NCBI GenBank assembly: GCA_040349255.1
Contig: JBEQUE010000005.1
Span: 2,746-66,745 of the forward strand
From: Acidobacteriota bacterium
Lineage (GTDB): Bacteria > Acidobacteriota > Thermoanaerobaculia > Multivoradales > UBA5704
Direction of reading: 5' to 3'
Length of the DNA stretch: 64,000 nt
Below, in pieces: positions 52,304-62,074 of the stretch. The notes below the pieces were generated by a model that worked only from the letters and a program-made list of their open reading frames with translations, made no database searches and was not told the DNA's origin. Within the stretch, counting starts at the first letter, position 1; each line of letters begins with the position of its first letter. Both the position numbers and the translations under genes were made by a program.

Positions 52304-53886
52304 CGCGCCACCGCCAGCCGCGGCTCCGGAGCTCCGGAAGCTTCGAAGACAGCCGAGCCGTCGGGCGCGGCGGTCAGGTACAGGCGGTGCTGCCAGTCGG
52401 GATCGGTCTGCGGGAAGTCGGAGCGGTAGTGGCCTCCCCGGCTCTCGCGCCGGGCGAGCGCCGCGGCCGCGACCAGGCGCGCCACGCCGAGGAGGTTCCT
52501 CGCCTCCCCCGCCGCTTCCGGCGAGGCCTCGGACAGCGCATCCAGCTCGGACAGCGCCGCGGTCAGACCCTCCTCGTCCCGCACGACGCCGACCTTCTCC
52601 CACAGGATGCGGCGGACGGCGTGCTTCAGCTCGGCGTCCCGGGGAGTGCCCCGGGGAACCCTGGGAGCCTGGCGACCGGAAGGCGCGCGCCCGCCGGCGG
52701 AGCCCCGCAGGTCCTCCGCCACGCGGGCGCCGAAGACGAGCGCCTCCAGCAGCGAGTTGCTCGCCAGGCGGTTGGCCCCGTGGACGCCGGTCGAGGAGAC
52801 CTCGCCGCAGGCCCAGAGGCCGGAGAGCGACGACCGGCCGAGGCCGTCCACGGCGATGCCGCCCATGTGGTAGTGCGCGGCCGGCGCCACCGGCATCGGC
52901 TCGACGCGCGGGTCGAGACCGTGCTGCCGGCAGAGCTCGAAGACGGTCGGGAAGCGCTCGGGGAACTCGTCGCCGACGGCCTCGCGGGCGTCCAGGAAGA
53001 CCCGGCGGCCAGCCATCAACTGGCGCCAGATCGCCCGCGCCACCACGTCGCGCGGCGCCAGCTCGGCGTCGGCGTGCTCGTCCTTCATGAAACGGACGCC
53101 GTGGTCGTCGATCAGGACCGCGCCCTCGCCGCGCAGCGCCTCGGTCAGGAGCGGCATGGGCTCGCCCTCGGTTTCCACGGCCAGCGCGGTGGGATGGAAC
53201 TGGACGAACTCCAGGTCGACGAGCCGCGCGCTGGCCCGCGCCGCCATGGCCAGGCCGTCACCCGTGGCCTCGCGCGGGTTCGTGGTACGGAGGTAGAGCT
53301 GGCCCGGGCCGCCCGTCGCGAGCACGACGGCGTTCGTCAGGTGGAGCACCGGGCGGCCATCCTCGTGGATGGCGAGCACGCCGGTCACCCGGCCGTCCTC
53401 TGCGAGAATCAGATCGACCGCGAAGGCGCGCTCCTCGACCTTGACCTCGGGCGCGTGGCGCACGGCTTCGGCCAGGGTACGGACGATCTCGGAGCCCGTC
53501 GCGTCCCGGGCGTGGAGGATGCGGCGGCGGCTGTGCGCGGCCTCGCGGCCCAGGTCGAGCTCGCCGGCGGTGTCGCGGTCGAAGCGCGCTCCGAGGTCGA
53601 GCAGGGCCTTGACCCGCTCCGGACCTTCGCCGGTCAGCAGGCCCACGGCCCGCGGATCGCAGAGCCCGGCGCCGGCCGAGAGGGTGTCCGCGGCGTGGAG
53701 CTTCGGCGTGTCGTCGGCGCCGAGCGCCGCGGCCACGCCGCCCTGCGCCCACGGGCTGGAGCCGCTGACCAGCGTGGCCTTGGTGAGCACGGTCACGGAG
53801 AGCGGCGCGCAGCCGAGCGCCGCGGTCAGGCCCGCGGCGCCGCTGCCGACCACCAGGACGTCCGAGCGCTCGATGCGAGCGTTCAC
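52300..53886 (-). CDS. nadB: L-aspartate oxidase
   Basis: The FAD motif [16 protein letters not shown], then [18 protein letters not shown] and RESRGGHYR. The GTG start at 53886 forms a GTGA overlap with the nadA stop. The upstream part of track ORF 52300..54816 is wrong-frame. Confidence 0.9.
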   Translation of the reverse strand: MNARIERSDVLVVGSGAAGLTAALGCAPLSVTVLTKATLVSGSSPWAQGGVAAALGADDTPKLHAADTLSAGAGLCDPRAVGLLTGEGPERVKALLDLGARFDRDTAGELDLGREAAHSRRRILHARDATGSEIVRTLAEAVRHAPEVKVEERAFAVDLILAEDGRVTGVLAIHEDGRPVLHLTNAVVLATGGPGQLYLRTTNPREATGDGLAMAARASARLVDLEFVQFHPTALAVETEGEPMPLLTEALRGEGAVLIDDHGVRFMKDEHADAELAPRDVVARAIWRQLMAGRRVFLDAREAVGDEFPERFPTVFELCRQHGLDPRVEPMPVAPAAHYHMGGIAVDGLGRSSLSGLWACGEVSSTGVHGANRLASNSLLEALVFGARVAEDLRGSAGGRAPSGRQAPRVPRGTPRDAELKHAVRRILWEKVGVVRDEEGLTAALSELDALSEASPEAAGEARNLLGVARLVAAAALARRESRGGHYRSDFPQTDPDWQHRLYLTAAPDGSAVFEASGAPEPRLAVAR

Positions 53887-54929
53887 TTGCCCTCCCGGCG
53901 CCCGACGGCGAGCATCCGGTCCAGGGCGAGCTTCGCCCGCGCTCCCACCTCCGGATCGACGTGGACCTCGTACTGCATCGTCTGCAGCGACCGGAGGATC
54001 TTCGGCAGCGTGATCCTCTTCATGTGCGGGCAGAGCTGGCACGGGCGGACGAACTCGACGTCCGGGAACTCCACGGCCACGTTGTCGCTCATCGAGCACT
54101 CGGTGATCATCACCACCCGCCGCGGCCGGGTGTCGCCCACGCGGCGGATCATGGCCGCGGTGGAGCCCACGAAGTCGGCCTCGGCCAGGACGTCCGGCGG
54201 GCACTCGGGGTGGGCCAGGATCTCGATCTCGTCGCCCCGTCCATAGGCCTGGCGGTACTGGCGCAGGTCCTCGCCCGTGAAGCGCTCGTGGACCTCGCAG
54301 TGGCCCTTCCAGAGGATGAGCTGGACGTCGGTCTGGGAGGCCACGTACTTGCCCAGGTATTCGTCGGGCAGGAAGATGACGCGGTCGACGCCCAGCGACT
54401 CGACCACGGCCACGGCGTTGGCCGAGGTGCAGCAGATGTCGGACTCGGCTTTCACCTCGGCCGAGGTGTTGACGTAGGTCACCACCGGCACGCCGGGGTA
54501 GCGCTCCCGGAGCAGCCGGATGTCCGCGCCCGTGATCGAGGCGGCGAGCGAGCAGCCGGCCTCCAGGTCCGGGATCAGGACGGTCTTCTCCGGCGACAGG
54601 ATCTTGGCGGTCTCGGCCATGAAGTGGACACCGGCCAGGACGATGACGTCGGCCTCGGTCTTCGCGCCCTGCTGGGCGAGCGCCAGGGAGTCGCCCGCGA
54701 AGTCGGCGACGCCGTGGTAGATCTCGGGCGTCTGGTAGTTGTGCGCCAGGATCACGGCGTTCCTCTGCCGCTTCAGCTCGTTGATCGCCGCGATGTACGG
54801 CGCATGGATCGGCCATTCGAGGTCGGGCAGGACCGGCGCCACCTTCTCGCGGAGCGCGGCCGTGGCGCGGGCGACCTCGGGGGTGTACTCCAGGACGGCG
54901 GAGGTGTTCGAAGCGTCCAGAAGGCCCAT
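53883..54929 (-). CDS. nadA: Quinolinate synthase
   Basis: [46 protein letters not shown] and CPHMKRITL. Start taken at MGLLD (54929), because a palindromic operator-like site occupies the longer track extension. Confidence 0.9.
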   Translation of the reverse strand: MGLLDASNTSAVLEYTPEVARATAALREKVAPVLPDLEWPIHAPYIAAINELKRQRNAVILAHNYQTPEIYHGVADFAGDSLALAQQGAKTEADVIVLAGVHFMAETAKILSPEKTVLIPDLEAGCSLAASITGADIRLLRERYPGVPVVTYVNTSAEVKAESDICCTSANAVAVVESLGVDRVIFLPDEYLGKYVASQTDVQLILWKGHCEVHERFTGEDLRQYRQAYGRGDEIEILAHPECPPDVLAEADFVGSTAAMIRRVGDTRPRRVVMITECSMSDNVAVEFPDVEFVRPCQLCPHMKRITLPKILRSLQTMQYEVHVDPEVGARAKLALDRMLAVGRREGK

Positions 54930-54944
54930 TCTCTCTATCCCTTC

Positions 54945-54963
54945 TATGCTCATCCTGAGCATA
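54945..54963. promoter_or_regulatory. Palindromic operator candidate upstream of nadA (possible NrtR site)
   Basis: TATGCTCA-TCC-TGAGCATA has perfect 8-bp arms and lies 15 nt upstream of the nadA ATG. A related imperfect copy, TATGCTAC-GAC-TGAGTATT, sits at 55007-55025. Confidence 0.4.
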
Positions 54964-55093
54964 TGCACGGTATGAAGAAAGGCCGGGATGTCCCGACCTT
55001 CCTGCTTATGCTACGACTGAGTATTAGCTCATGTCAAGAGCGCGCGGCGGATCCGTGTCGCCGCTGTGACGTACAACAGAGGGGAGGCAAGAA

Positions 55094-56062
55094 CTATGCC
55101 TTGAGCGCTCCGCGACCGACCCCCGGCGCCGGTCTTTCCCGGAGCACGCTGCGGCGGAAGCGGAACAGCTCGGCCGGCCGGCCGCCGGTGCGCACGTCCT
55201 TGCCGGTGCCTTCGACGAGGCCGCCGTGCTCGACCAGGCGGCGGAAGTTCTGCTTGTGGAGCGGCGTCCCGGTGAGGGCCTCCACTACGGTCTGGAGCTG
55301 CAGGAGGGTGAAGGTGGCCGGCAGCAGCTCGAACACGACCGGCCGGTAGCGGATCTTTCCGCGCAGGCGCCCGAGCGCGGTGGCCAGGATGCGGCGGTGG
55401 TCCAGGGTCATGGGCCGGCCGGAAGGAAGGCCGTCCTCCGGGACAGCTCCCTCGCCGCGCTCCCGCCGATCCCGGCGGGCCTCGGGCAGGAGCAGGGCCT
55501 CGTAGAGCAGCTCGTAGCGTTCGAGCACGCGGTCCGGGTCCCAGTGCGCGCCGCCGAGGCCGAAGGCGATATCGGCGCGCTCGCGGCGGGCCTCGGGCGC
55601 GCCGGCGATCCAGGCTTCCAGGGCCGGAGCAATATCGCCGATATCGCGGTCGAGCGCCCGGGGCCGGCCGCGGCGCCAATCCTCCCATGGGAAGTAGTCG
55701 TACCAGTCGCGCCAGCTCGCCTCGCCCTTGACCGAGGCCTCCCGGACCAGCGCGAGGTAGGCCACGGAGACGAGCCGCGGCCCGCCATGGCTCTCGGCCG
55801 GATCGCGATTGCCGTCGCCGAAGGTGTAGAGCTGCTCGACGTAGCCCAGCGGGAGCCCGGTCTGCTCGGTCACCCAGCGGCGCAGGCCGCGGTCGAGAGT
55901 GCGGTCGAGCTCGGGCTCCAGCGGTCCGAACGGCAGCGCGTCCTCGGCCGGCCCGCCGGACGGAGGCGTCCTGCGGATCGTGAGGATCCGGGGCACCTCC
56001 TCCGTGACCGCCACGATCACGGCGTTGAGGCCGAGGTCGACGCGCGGAGCTCCGGCAGCCAT
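55094..56062 (-). CDS. NrtR-like regulator (Nudix-like domain + C-terminal winged helix)
   Basis: A Nudix-fold-like N-half (LNAVIVAVTEEVPRILTIRR ... LPFGPLEPE) and a C-terminal FTLLQLQTVVEALTGTPLHKQNFRRLVEHGGLVEGTG...GGRPAELFRF. Lies just upstream of nadABC. Its ATG overlaps the lipB 3' end by 46 nt. Confidence 0.75.
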   Translation of the reverse strand: MAAGAPRVDLGLNAVIVAVTEEVPRILTIRRTPPSGGPAEDALPFGPLEPELDRTLDRGLRRWVTEQTGLPLGYVEQLYTFGDGNRDPAESHGGPRLVSVAYLALVREASVKGEASWRDWYDYFPWEDWRRGRPRALDRDIGDIAPALEAWIAGAPEARRERADIAFGLGGAHWDPDRVLERYELLYEALLLPEARRDRRERGEGAVPEDGLPSGRPMTLDHRRILATALGRLRGKIRYRPVVFELLPATFTLLQLQTVVEALTGTPLHKQNFRRLVEHGGLVEGTGKDVRTGGRPAELFRFRRSVLRERPAPGVGRGALKA

Positions 56063-56736
56063 GACGTCCAGGGATCGGAATCGGAGACCGGCTCGCGCCC
56101 GAGGATCTCGGCCAAGTGGCGCGCGCAGGCGGCGGCGACGTCGGGTAGCGCCGGGGTCTGGCCCGTCAGGCGCTCGATCGAGGTCATCTCGACCTGGTTC
56201 AGGCCGCACGGGATGATCCCCGAGAAGTAGGACAGGTCGGTCGAGACGTTCAAGGCGAAGCCGTGGGTGGTGACCCAGCGCGAGAGATGGACGCCGATCG
56301 AGGCGATCTTGCTCTTCCCCACCCAGATTCCGATGAACGCCGCCTCCTCGCCAGGCCGGCCCTCGATGCCATAGCCGGCGAGCGTCCGGAGGAGCGCCTC
56401 CTGCAAGTCGCGCACGTAGCGCCGGATGTCCCGCCGGTCCGGGCTCAGGTTGACGATCGGATAACCGACGAGCTGCCCGGGGCCGTGGTAGGTCACCTGG
56501 CCGCCGCGGTCGCACTCGGCGACCTCGACCCCGCGGGCCTGGAGCCAGTCGGAGCCGGCCAGCACGTCCGAGCCGTCGGCGTTGCGGCCCAGGGTGTAGA
56601 CGTGCGGGTGCTCCAGGAGGAGGAAGCGCTCCGGTCCCTCTCCGCTCTTCACCGCCTCGCGCACGTCGAGCTGCAGCTCGACGGCCTCGCCGTAAGGGAT
56701 GCGTCCGAGCCAGCTCCAGTGAAGAGCACGCGACAT
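56017..56736 (-). CDS. lipB: Octanoyltransferase (lipoyl(octanoyl) transferase)
   Basis: FLLLEHPHVYTLGRN, ECDRGGQVTYHGPGQLVGYPI, KIASIGVHLSRWVTTHGFALNV. Confidence 0.9.
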   Translation of the reverse strand: MSRALHWSWLGRIPYGEAVELQLDVREAVKSGEGPERFLLLEHPHVYTLGRNADGSDVLAGSDWLQARGVEVAECDRGGQVTYHGPGQLVGYPIVNLSPDRRDIRRYVRDLQEALLRTLAGYGIEGRPGEEAAFIGIWVGKSKIASIGVHLSRWVTTHGFALNVSTDLSYFSGIIPCGLNQVEMTSIERLTGQTPALPDVAAACARHLAEILGREPVSDSDPWTSWLPELRASTSASTP

Positions 56737-56791
56737 GGGCCCGCATTGTACGGCAGTGCTATAAGATACGCGCTCACTTGGGAGGGGGATC

Positions 56792-58054
56792 ATGGAGAAG
56801 GTGGTCACAGCGATCCTCGGTGGTGGGCAGGGCAGCCGTCTCTGGCCCTTGACGCGGCACCGCGCCAAGCCGGCGGTGCCGATCGGCGGCAAGTTCCGCC
56901 TCATCGACATCCCGATCAGCAACAGCCTGCACGCCGGCATCGACCGGATCTTCGTCATCACGCAGTTCAACAGCGCGAGCCTGCACCGCCACATCGCGCA
57001 GACCTACCGCTTCAGCGCCTTCTCGCTCGGCTTCGTGAACATCCTGGCCGCGGAGCTGACCACGGAGCGCAAGGACTGGTTCCAGGGCACGGCGGACGCG
57101 GTGCGCCAGTGCCTGCCGCGCCTGCTGGAGTCGGACCCGCCCGAGGTGCTGATCCTGTCGGGCGACCAGCTCTACATGATGAACATCTCGGAGTTCATCC
57201 AGACGCACCGCAACCGGCAGGCCGACCTGACGATCGCGGTCAAGCCGGTGACGCGCGAGGAGGCGACGGGCTTCGGCATCCTGCGCCTCGACCCCTCGGG
57301 CCGCATCATCGAGTTCGTGGAGAAGCCCAAGGACCCGGCCCTGCTCGACGAGCTCGCGCTCGACGCGCAGACCCAGGCCGCGCTCGGCTTCCCGGCGCCT
57401 CAGGGTTCGTACCTCGCGAGCATGGGCATCTACGTGTTCAAGTCCGAGGTGCTGACCGAGCTCCTCGTGGGCAGCACGACGGTCGACTTCGGCCGCGAGG
57501 TGATCCCCCAGTCGCTCGGCCAGTACAAGGTCTACGCCTATCCCTACGAAGGCTACTGGACGGACATCGGCACGATCCCGAGCTTCCACCGGGCGAACCT
57601 GGACCTCACGCTGCCGCTGCCGCCGCTCAACATGTACGACCCCGAGCTGCGGATCTTCACCCACCCGCGCTTCCTGCCGGGCACGAAGGTCAACGAGTGC
57701 TTCGTGCGCTGGTCGATCCTGAGCGAGGGGAGCATCCTGTCGGGCAGCCGGGTGGAGGACTCGATCATCGGCGTCCGCGCCGTGGTGCGGGAAGGCGCGG
57801 TCATCGAGCGCACCGTGGTGATGGGCGCCAACTCCTGGGAGAGCCTCAACGGCAGCCCCGAGATCCCGATCGGCATCGGCCGCGACTGCCACATCCGCAA
57901 CGCGATCCTCGACTTCAACGTCCGCATCGGCGACGGCTGCCGGCTGCTCAACGAGGCCGGGGTCGAGAACGCCGACAACGAGCAGTACGCGATCCGCGAC
58001 GGCATCATCGTGGTCATGAAGAACGCCGTCCTGCCTCCGGGGACCGTGATCTGA
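56792..58054 (+). CDS. glgC: Glucose-1-phosphate adenylyltransferase
   Basis: ILGGGQGSRLWPLTRHRAKPAVPIGGKFRLIDIPISN, WFQGTADAV and a left-handed beta-helix C-terminus. Confidence 0.95.
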   Translation: MEKVVTAILGGGQGSRLWPLTRHRAKPAVPIGGKFRLIDIPISNSLHAGIDRIFVITQFNSASLHRHIAQTYRFSAFSLGFVNILAAELTTERKDWFQGTADAVRQCLPRLLESDPPEVLILSGDQLYMMNISEFIQTHRNRQADLTIAVKPVTREEATGFGILRLDPSGRIIEFVEKPKDPALLDELALDAQTQAALGFPAPQGSYLASMGIYVFKSEVLTELLVGSTTVDFGREVIPQSLGQYKVYAYPYEGYWTDIGTIPSFHRANLDLTLPLPPLNMYDPELRIFTHPRFLPGTKVNECFVRWSILSEGSILSGSRVEDSIIGVRAVVREGAVIERTVVMGANSWESLNGSPEIPIGIGRDCHIRNAILDFNVRIGDGCRLLNEAGVENADNEQYAIRDGIIVVMKNAVLPPGTVI

Positions 58055-59493
58055 TGCGCATTTGCCAGGTCGCGGCGGAGGTGGCTCCGTTCGCCAAGAC
58101 AGGCGGGCTGGGCGACGTGGTCGGAGGCCTGTCGGCGTACCTCGGCCGCGCGGGCCACGATGTCCGCATCGTGATGCCGTTCTACGGCCAGCTCGCGCGG
58201 CGGCCGGAGACTTTCATCCCGGTGGACTTCATCCAGCGCGTGCCGATCCCGATGGGCGGCCGGCTGTTCTCGGTCTCGGCGCTCACCTGCAAGCTGCCCG
58301 GCAGCGACGTGGACGTCTATTTCGTCTCCTGCCCCGAGCTCTATGCGCAGGAAGGGATCTATCACGGCGACGGGTCAGACGGAGTCCGCTTCGGCGTGCT
58401 CACCCGGGCCGCGTTCGAGCTCTGCCAGCGCATGGGCTGGGGCCCGGACGTCGTCCACTGCCACGACTGGCACACCGCGCTCGCGCCGGTCTATCTCAAG
58501 GCGCTGTACGACTGGGACCGGCTGTTCGACCGCACGCGGACCGTGCTGACGATCCACAACATGGCCTTCCAGGGCTATCTGTCCGCCGGATACGTGAACG
58601 ATCTCGGCCTCGGGAAGCATGGCTGGATGCTGGACACCGCGGGCGGGGCCTTCAACGTGCTCAAGAACGGGTTGATCCACGCCGACGCGATCACGGCCGT
58701 GAGCCGCACCTACGCCCGCGAGATCCAGGGCGACCAGGGCTTCGGCCTGGACTGGCTGCTGCGGGCGCGCGCGGACCGGCTGTTCGGCATCGTCAACGGC
58801 GTGGACTACGGCGAGTGGGATCCGCAGCGCGATCCGCACCTGCCGTTTCACTACTCCGCCGACGACCTCGCGGGCAAGCGGGAGATGAAGCGGACGCTCC
58901 TCAAGGAGACCGGGATCGGGGAGGGGGATCTCGAAACGCCGATCGTCGGAATCGTCTCGCGCCTGACTGCTCAGAAAGGTTTTGAATTGGGCTTCGACGT
59001 CCTGCCGGCCCTTCTGGCACGGCGGAACTTCCGCCTGATCGCGCTCGGCAGCGGCGAGCCGAAGTACGAGGACTTCTTCCAGTGGCTCCAGTGGCGCTTC
59101 GCGGGCCGGGCCTGGTTCTACCGCGGCTTCCACAACCCGCTCGCGCACTGGATCGAGGCGGGTGCCGACCTCTTCCTGATGCCGTCGCGCTTCGAGCCCT
59201 GCGGCCTGAACCAGATGTACAGCCTGCGCTACGGCACGCCGCCGATCGTCCGGAAGACCGGCGGCCTGGCCGACACGGTCGAGCCCTGGAACGCGCAGAC
59301 CGGCCAGGGCACCGGCTTCGTCTTCGAGCACTTCGACGCCGAAGGGCTACGCTGGGCTCTGGACACGGCGCTCGACGCCTGGGAGGACCGCGCCTCCTGG
59401 GGCCGCCTCATGCGCAACGGCATGGAGAAGGACTACTCCTGGGACGTGCAGGGCCGGGAGTACGAAGAGCTCTACCGGCGGTTCGCGGGATAG
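58054..59493 (+). CDS. glgA: Glycogen synthase (ADP-glucose type)
   Basis: MRICQVAAEVAPFAKTGGLGDVV and PSRFEPCGLNQMY. The ATG overlaps the glgC stop (TGATG). It is only the last 479 codons of track ORF 56263..59493. Confidence 0.95.
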   Translation: MRICQVAAEVAPFAKTGGLGDVVGGLSAYLGRAGHDVRIVMPFYGQLARRPETFIPVDFIQRVPIPMGGRLFSVSALTCKLPGSDVDVYFVSCPELYAQEGIYHGDGSDGVRFGVLTRAAFELCQRMGWGPDVVHCHDWHTALAPVYLKALYDWDRLFDRTRTVLTIHNMAFQGYLSAGYVNDLGLGKHGWMLDTAGGAFNVLKNGLIHADAITAVSRTYAREIQGDQGFGLDWLLRARADRLFGIVNGVDYGEWDPQRDPHLPFHYSADDLAGKREMKRTLLKETGIGEGDLETPIVGIVSRLTAQKGFELGFDVLPALLARRNFRLIALGSGEPKYEDFFQWLQWRFAGRAWFYRGFHNPLAHWIEAGADLFLMPSRFEPCGLNQMYSLRYGTPPIVRKTGGLADTVEPWNAQTGQGTGFVFEHFDAEGLRWALDTALDAWEDRASWGRLMRNGMEKDYSWDVQGREYEELYRRFAG

Positions 59494-59519
59494 AGGGGCG
59501 CAGACGTCTGCGCCCCTCC
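59494..59519. terminator. Bidirectional intrinsic-terminator-like hairpin between glgA and the convergent Cys-rich gene
   Basis: GAGGGGCGCAGAC-GTCTGCGCCCCTC is a perfect 26-nt GC-rich palindrome directly after the glgA stop. The flanks are only weakly T-rich. Confidence 0.6.
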
Positions 59520-59526
59520 AGGCTCT

Positions 59527-59856
59527 TCAGTTGGCCGCCATCGGCGGAGCGACGTCCGCATTGAGGCAGGCGGCGGCCGGGGCGAGGGTGGGCGCACCGA
59601 GACCGATCTCGGTGAGGGACTTCTGCGTCTGCGTCTGCGCGGACTGGGCGGCCGCGCACTGGATGTAGTAGCAGCTACAGGGCCCGTTGCTGGCGCAGAG
59701 CGCTCCCGTGGGAGTCGGGGAATCCTGGCACTGCCGACAGAGGGGGCCCACCTTGACGCAGATGCCGTAGCAATCGGCGGAGGCCGATCCAGCGAGGCCA
59801 AAGAGAGCGGCGAAGACGGCGAGGCAGAGAACGAGACGGGTTCCGGTCAATCTCAT
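59527..59856 (-). CDS. Small secreted cysteine-rich protein (109 aa; 8-Cys core)
   Basis: AAGGAG SD and the signal peptide MRLTGTRLVLCLAVFAALFGLAGSASA. The core is CYGICVKVGPLCRQCQDSPTPTGALCASNGPCSCYYIQC (C-x3-C-x6-C-x2-C-x10-C-x5-C-x-C-x4-C), followed by an Ala/Gln/Thr/Pro-rich tail. Confidence 0.6.
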   Translation of the reverse strand: MRLTGTRLVLCLAVFAALFGLAGSASADCYGICVKVGPLCRQCQDSPTPTGALCASNGPCSCYYIQCAAAQSAQTQTQKSLTEIGLGAPTLAPAAACLNADVAPPMAAN

Positions 59857-59975
59857 AGGCTCCTTTCCGTGAGGAATCAGTCCTCACGCATAGCAGTATA
59901 TCTACGAGGTCGAACGCCTGAAGTTGCGAAAGCATGGCGAGCCCGGAGGGCGCTCCGGGCTCGCCGGGCTTCCGG

Positions 59976-60278
59976 CTATCGGGTCGCCGGTGTCATCGGA
60001 GTGGTCGTCGCGGGGGAGCCGGGTTCCGGAGCGAAGATCCCGAAGGCTTCCGGCGTCACGGCCGCCTCGGTCGTTGAGGCGGAGGGCCACCAGCAGATCT
60101 CGTCCAGGCAGTGGCAGGCGCTCATCTGGCGGCAACCCGAATAGTCGTCTCCGGTGTAGACGCAGCCCCAGCAGTTCTCCGAGATCTCCGTACAGAGATA
60201 TCCGCACGCCTGGGCTGCCGGAGCGCAGAGGGCGAATAGCAGGGCGAGTCCGATCGCGGCCTTCGTCATCGGTTTCAT
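59976..60278 (-). CDS. Small secreted cysteine-rich protein (100 aa; paralogue of 59527..59856)
   Basis: GAAGGAG SD and the signal peptide MKPMTKAAIGLALLFALCAPAAQA. The core is CGYLCTEISENCWGCVYTGDDYSGCRQMSACHCLDEIC (C-x3-C-x6-C-x2-C-x9-C-x5-C-x-C-x4-C), followed by a Thr/Pro/Ala-rich tail. Confidence 0.6.
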   Translation of the reverse strand: MKPMTKAAIGLALLFALCAPAAQACGYLCTEISENCWGCVYTGDDYSGCRQMSACHCLDEICWWPSASTTEAAVTPEAFGIFAPEPGSPATTTPMTPATR

Positions 60279-60387
60279 CGGGATCTCCTTCGAGCGACCC
60301 GGAAGGGATCATTCCCTTCGAGAAGACCGCAATCTTAGCAAGTGGCTATCCGCTCATCCAGAGATCCGGACGTCGCCCGAGATGCGG

Positions 60388-60600
60388 TCACGCCGCGACG
60401 TCGATGTACTCCACACGGCTGGAAGGCTGAGGCGCGGGGATGCCGTCCTCCCCCATGCCCTCCAGATGGAATTCGATGGCCTCCCGAATCTGCTGCTCAA
60501 CTTCCGCCAGGGTAACGCCCGTGGTGACGCATCCCGGAAGATCCGGGACGTAGGCGGAGTAGTTGTTTTCAGCTCGCTCGATGACTACCGCATAGCGCAT
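60388..60600 (-). CDS. HicB-family (UPF0150) protein, short form without DNA-binding domain
   Basis: MRYAVVIERAENNYSAYVPDLPGCVTTGVTLAEVEQQIREAIEFHLEGM is the canonical HicB N-domain. No hicA-like ORF is adjacent. Confidence 0.8.
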   Translation of the reverse strand: MRYAVVIERAENNYSAYVPDLPGCVTTGVTLAEVEQQIREAIEFHLEGMGEDGIPAPQPSSRVEYIDVAA

Positions 60601-60634
60601 GACAACCTCAACGGAACACCCAGAGAGCAGTAAG

Positions 60635-62074
60635 TCAGGAGTACCGGCTTAGGGAGCTTGGCCTGGGCAGGTCACCCCGGATGAGCACGATACCTAGCAC
60701 GATTGGCCGATCGCCGCCGGTCGGTGGGGAGATGAATCTCACCCCGATATCGTTTTCCAGGCTTCCGGGCGCGGCCCCTTTCTGAGGCCGGCAGAGGACC
60801 GCCAGCACGCCGCACCTGCGGTCGCTTCCAACGACATACTGCGAGAGCTGCTGCCCTGAGGCTTCGAGCGCACCTTCCAGATCGACCGGCTGCGGATCGA
60901 CCTTCAGCTCCAGGCGGACGCCATGGAAGGAGAGATCGGTGATGCCGCCAGCGACATGAGAGTGTTCGTCCAGATCCGAGCCGATGTTCCGGTTGGTTCT
61001 CAGCCTCGATTTCATCTCTTTCTGGAAATCCGCTTCCGACCAGTCTCCGGGGAAGATGTTGTCCGCAAGGCTCTCATGGGCGACGAGCCCCACGGCGCCG
61101 AGAAGCGCCAGAAAGGAGGCCAGTTCCTCATCAGGCAGGCCGTGAGGCCGCGCCTGGTCCCGGGCATGCCGGACAGCCTGGGCAACGGCCCTGTTCCCGC
61201 CCCAGAGGTGGTCGTGCTCCTCGCAGCGGAAACGAAGGTGGCTTTGGCCCTGCACGACCACCTTCGGCATCTCACCCTCCGCGGGAAGCAGGTGGACGCC
61301 ATACGAAATTTCAAGAGGCCGGGCGAGGGAGTCGTGTGGGAGCCGAACGCAGAGCCTTCCCGTCCGGGAGAACGTCAGGGCGCCCGAGGAGCTCTCCTCG
61401 ATGGTGAACGTCGGCGCTTCGATCGTTCCATAGGGCTCGACCGTGAGGGGGGAGACCTCGACCGCCTTAGCCCTAGGGGGCCATTGAGAAAGCCGGACCT
61501 CGACGCTGAGGTCGTAAAGGAGGTTTGCCCGGATGTCCTTAGGTTCTCCGACTGGGTCGGTCCCCAAGCTGAACCTAAGGACTGCGACGACCGCCCTGGG
61601 TTCGGGCCGTGCCTTGCCGGTCAGTTCCGAAGTATCAAGCTTCGCCGGGGCCGGCGGACCCGGAAAGGGCAGGGGCAGTCGGACCGCGAGGAGATCCTCG
61701 AAGCAGGCCTCGACCTCCTCCTCGGCCGATACCTCCGTCAGTTTCCGCGCCACCTTCTCCACATCCGGACCGGACGGGCCGCCGACTCCCCGCCGGACCA
61801 CGTCCCGCGCCCGCTGCCGGGCAGCCCGCAGGTGGCGGTCGGCATCCATCTCCGCGTCCCGCACGGCTGCACCCCAAAGGTGAAGGTGCCCCACGGCACG
61901 GACGAGCTCTCCATAAGCGGAGAAGGCTATCCCGGCACCGGGCTCCAAGCGCTTGGACAGGCTTTCGAGCTCGTCGGCGACCACGGCCAGTTCGTTCGCC
62001 GGGCGGGCACCCGCCTGCACACTGCGGAGCGCCTCAATCGCCTGAAGCCGGGGCTGGTACTCTGGGAAAAACAT
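60635..62074 (-). CDS. Hypothetical protein with C-terminal PD-(D/E)xK-like nuclease motif (about 480 aa; start uncertain)
   Basis: The C-terminal SEADFQKEMKSRL ... HVAGGITDLSFHGVRLELKVD ... QQLSQYV fits the E...D...E-x-K...Q restriction-endonuclease-fold pattern. The N-terminal two-thirds is unrecognised. Candidate starts are ATG 62074 (overlaps the upstream gene by 41 nt) and GTG 62128. GC is visibly lower. Confidence 0.55.
   Translation of the reverse strand: MFFPEYQPRLQAIEALRSVQAGARPANELAVVADELESLSKRLEPGAGIAFSAYGELVRAVGHLHLWGAAVRDAEMDADRHLRAARQRARDVVRRGVGGPSGPDVEKVARKLTEVSAEEEVEACFEDLLAVRLPLPFPGPPAPAKLDTSELTGKARPEPRAVVAVLRFSLGTDPVGEPKDIRANLLYDLSVEVRLSQWPPRAKAVEVSPLTVEPYGTIEAPTFTIEESSSGALTFSRTGRLCVRLPHDSLARPLEISYGVHLLPAEGEMPKVVVQGQSHLRFRCEEHDHLWGGNRAVAQAVRHARDQARPHGLPDEELASFLALLGAVGLVAHESLADNIFPGDWSEADFQKEMKSRLRTNRNIGSDLDEHSHVAGGITDLSFHGVRLELKVDPQPVDLEGALEASGQQLSQYVVGSDRRCGVLAVLCRPQKGAAPGSLENDIGVRFISPPTGGDRPIVLGIVLIRGDLPRPSSLSRYS

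Noticed and set aside
60279-60634. Search for a HicA toxin gene next to hicB
   Set aside because: The flanks of 60388..60600 (110 bp downstream, 34 bp upstream) have no ORF of suitable size or the HicA dsRBD-like sequence, so HicB is treated as an orphan or re-partnered.
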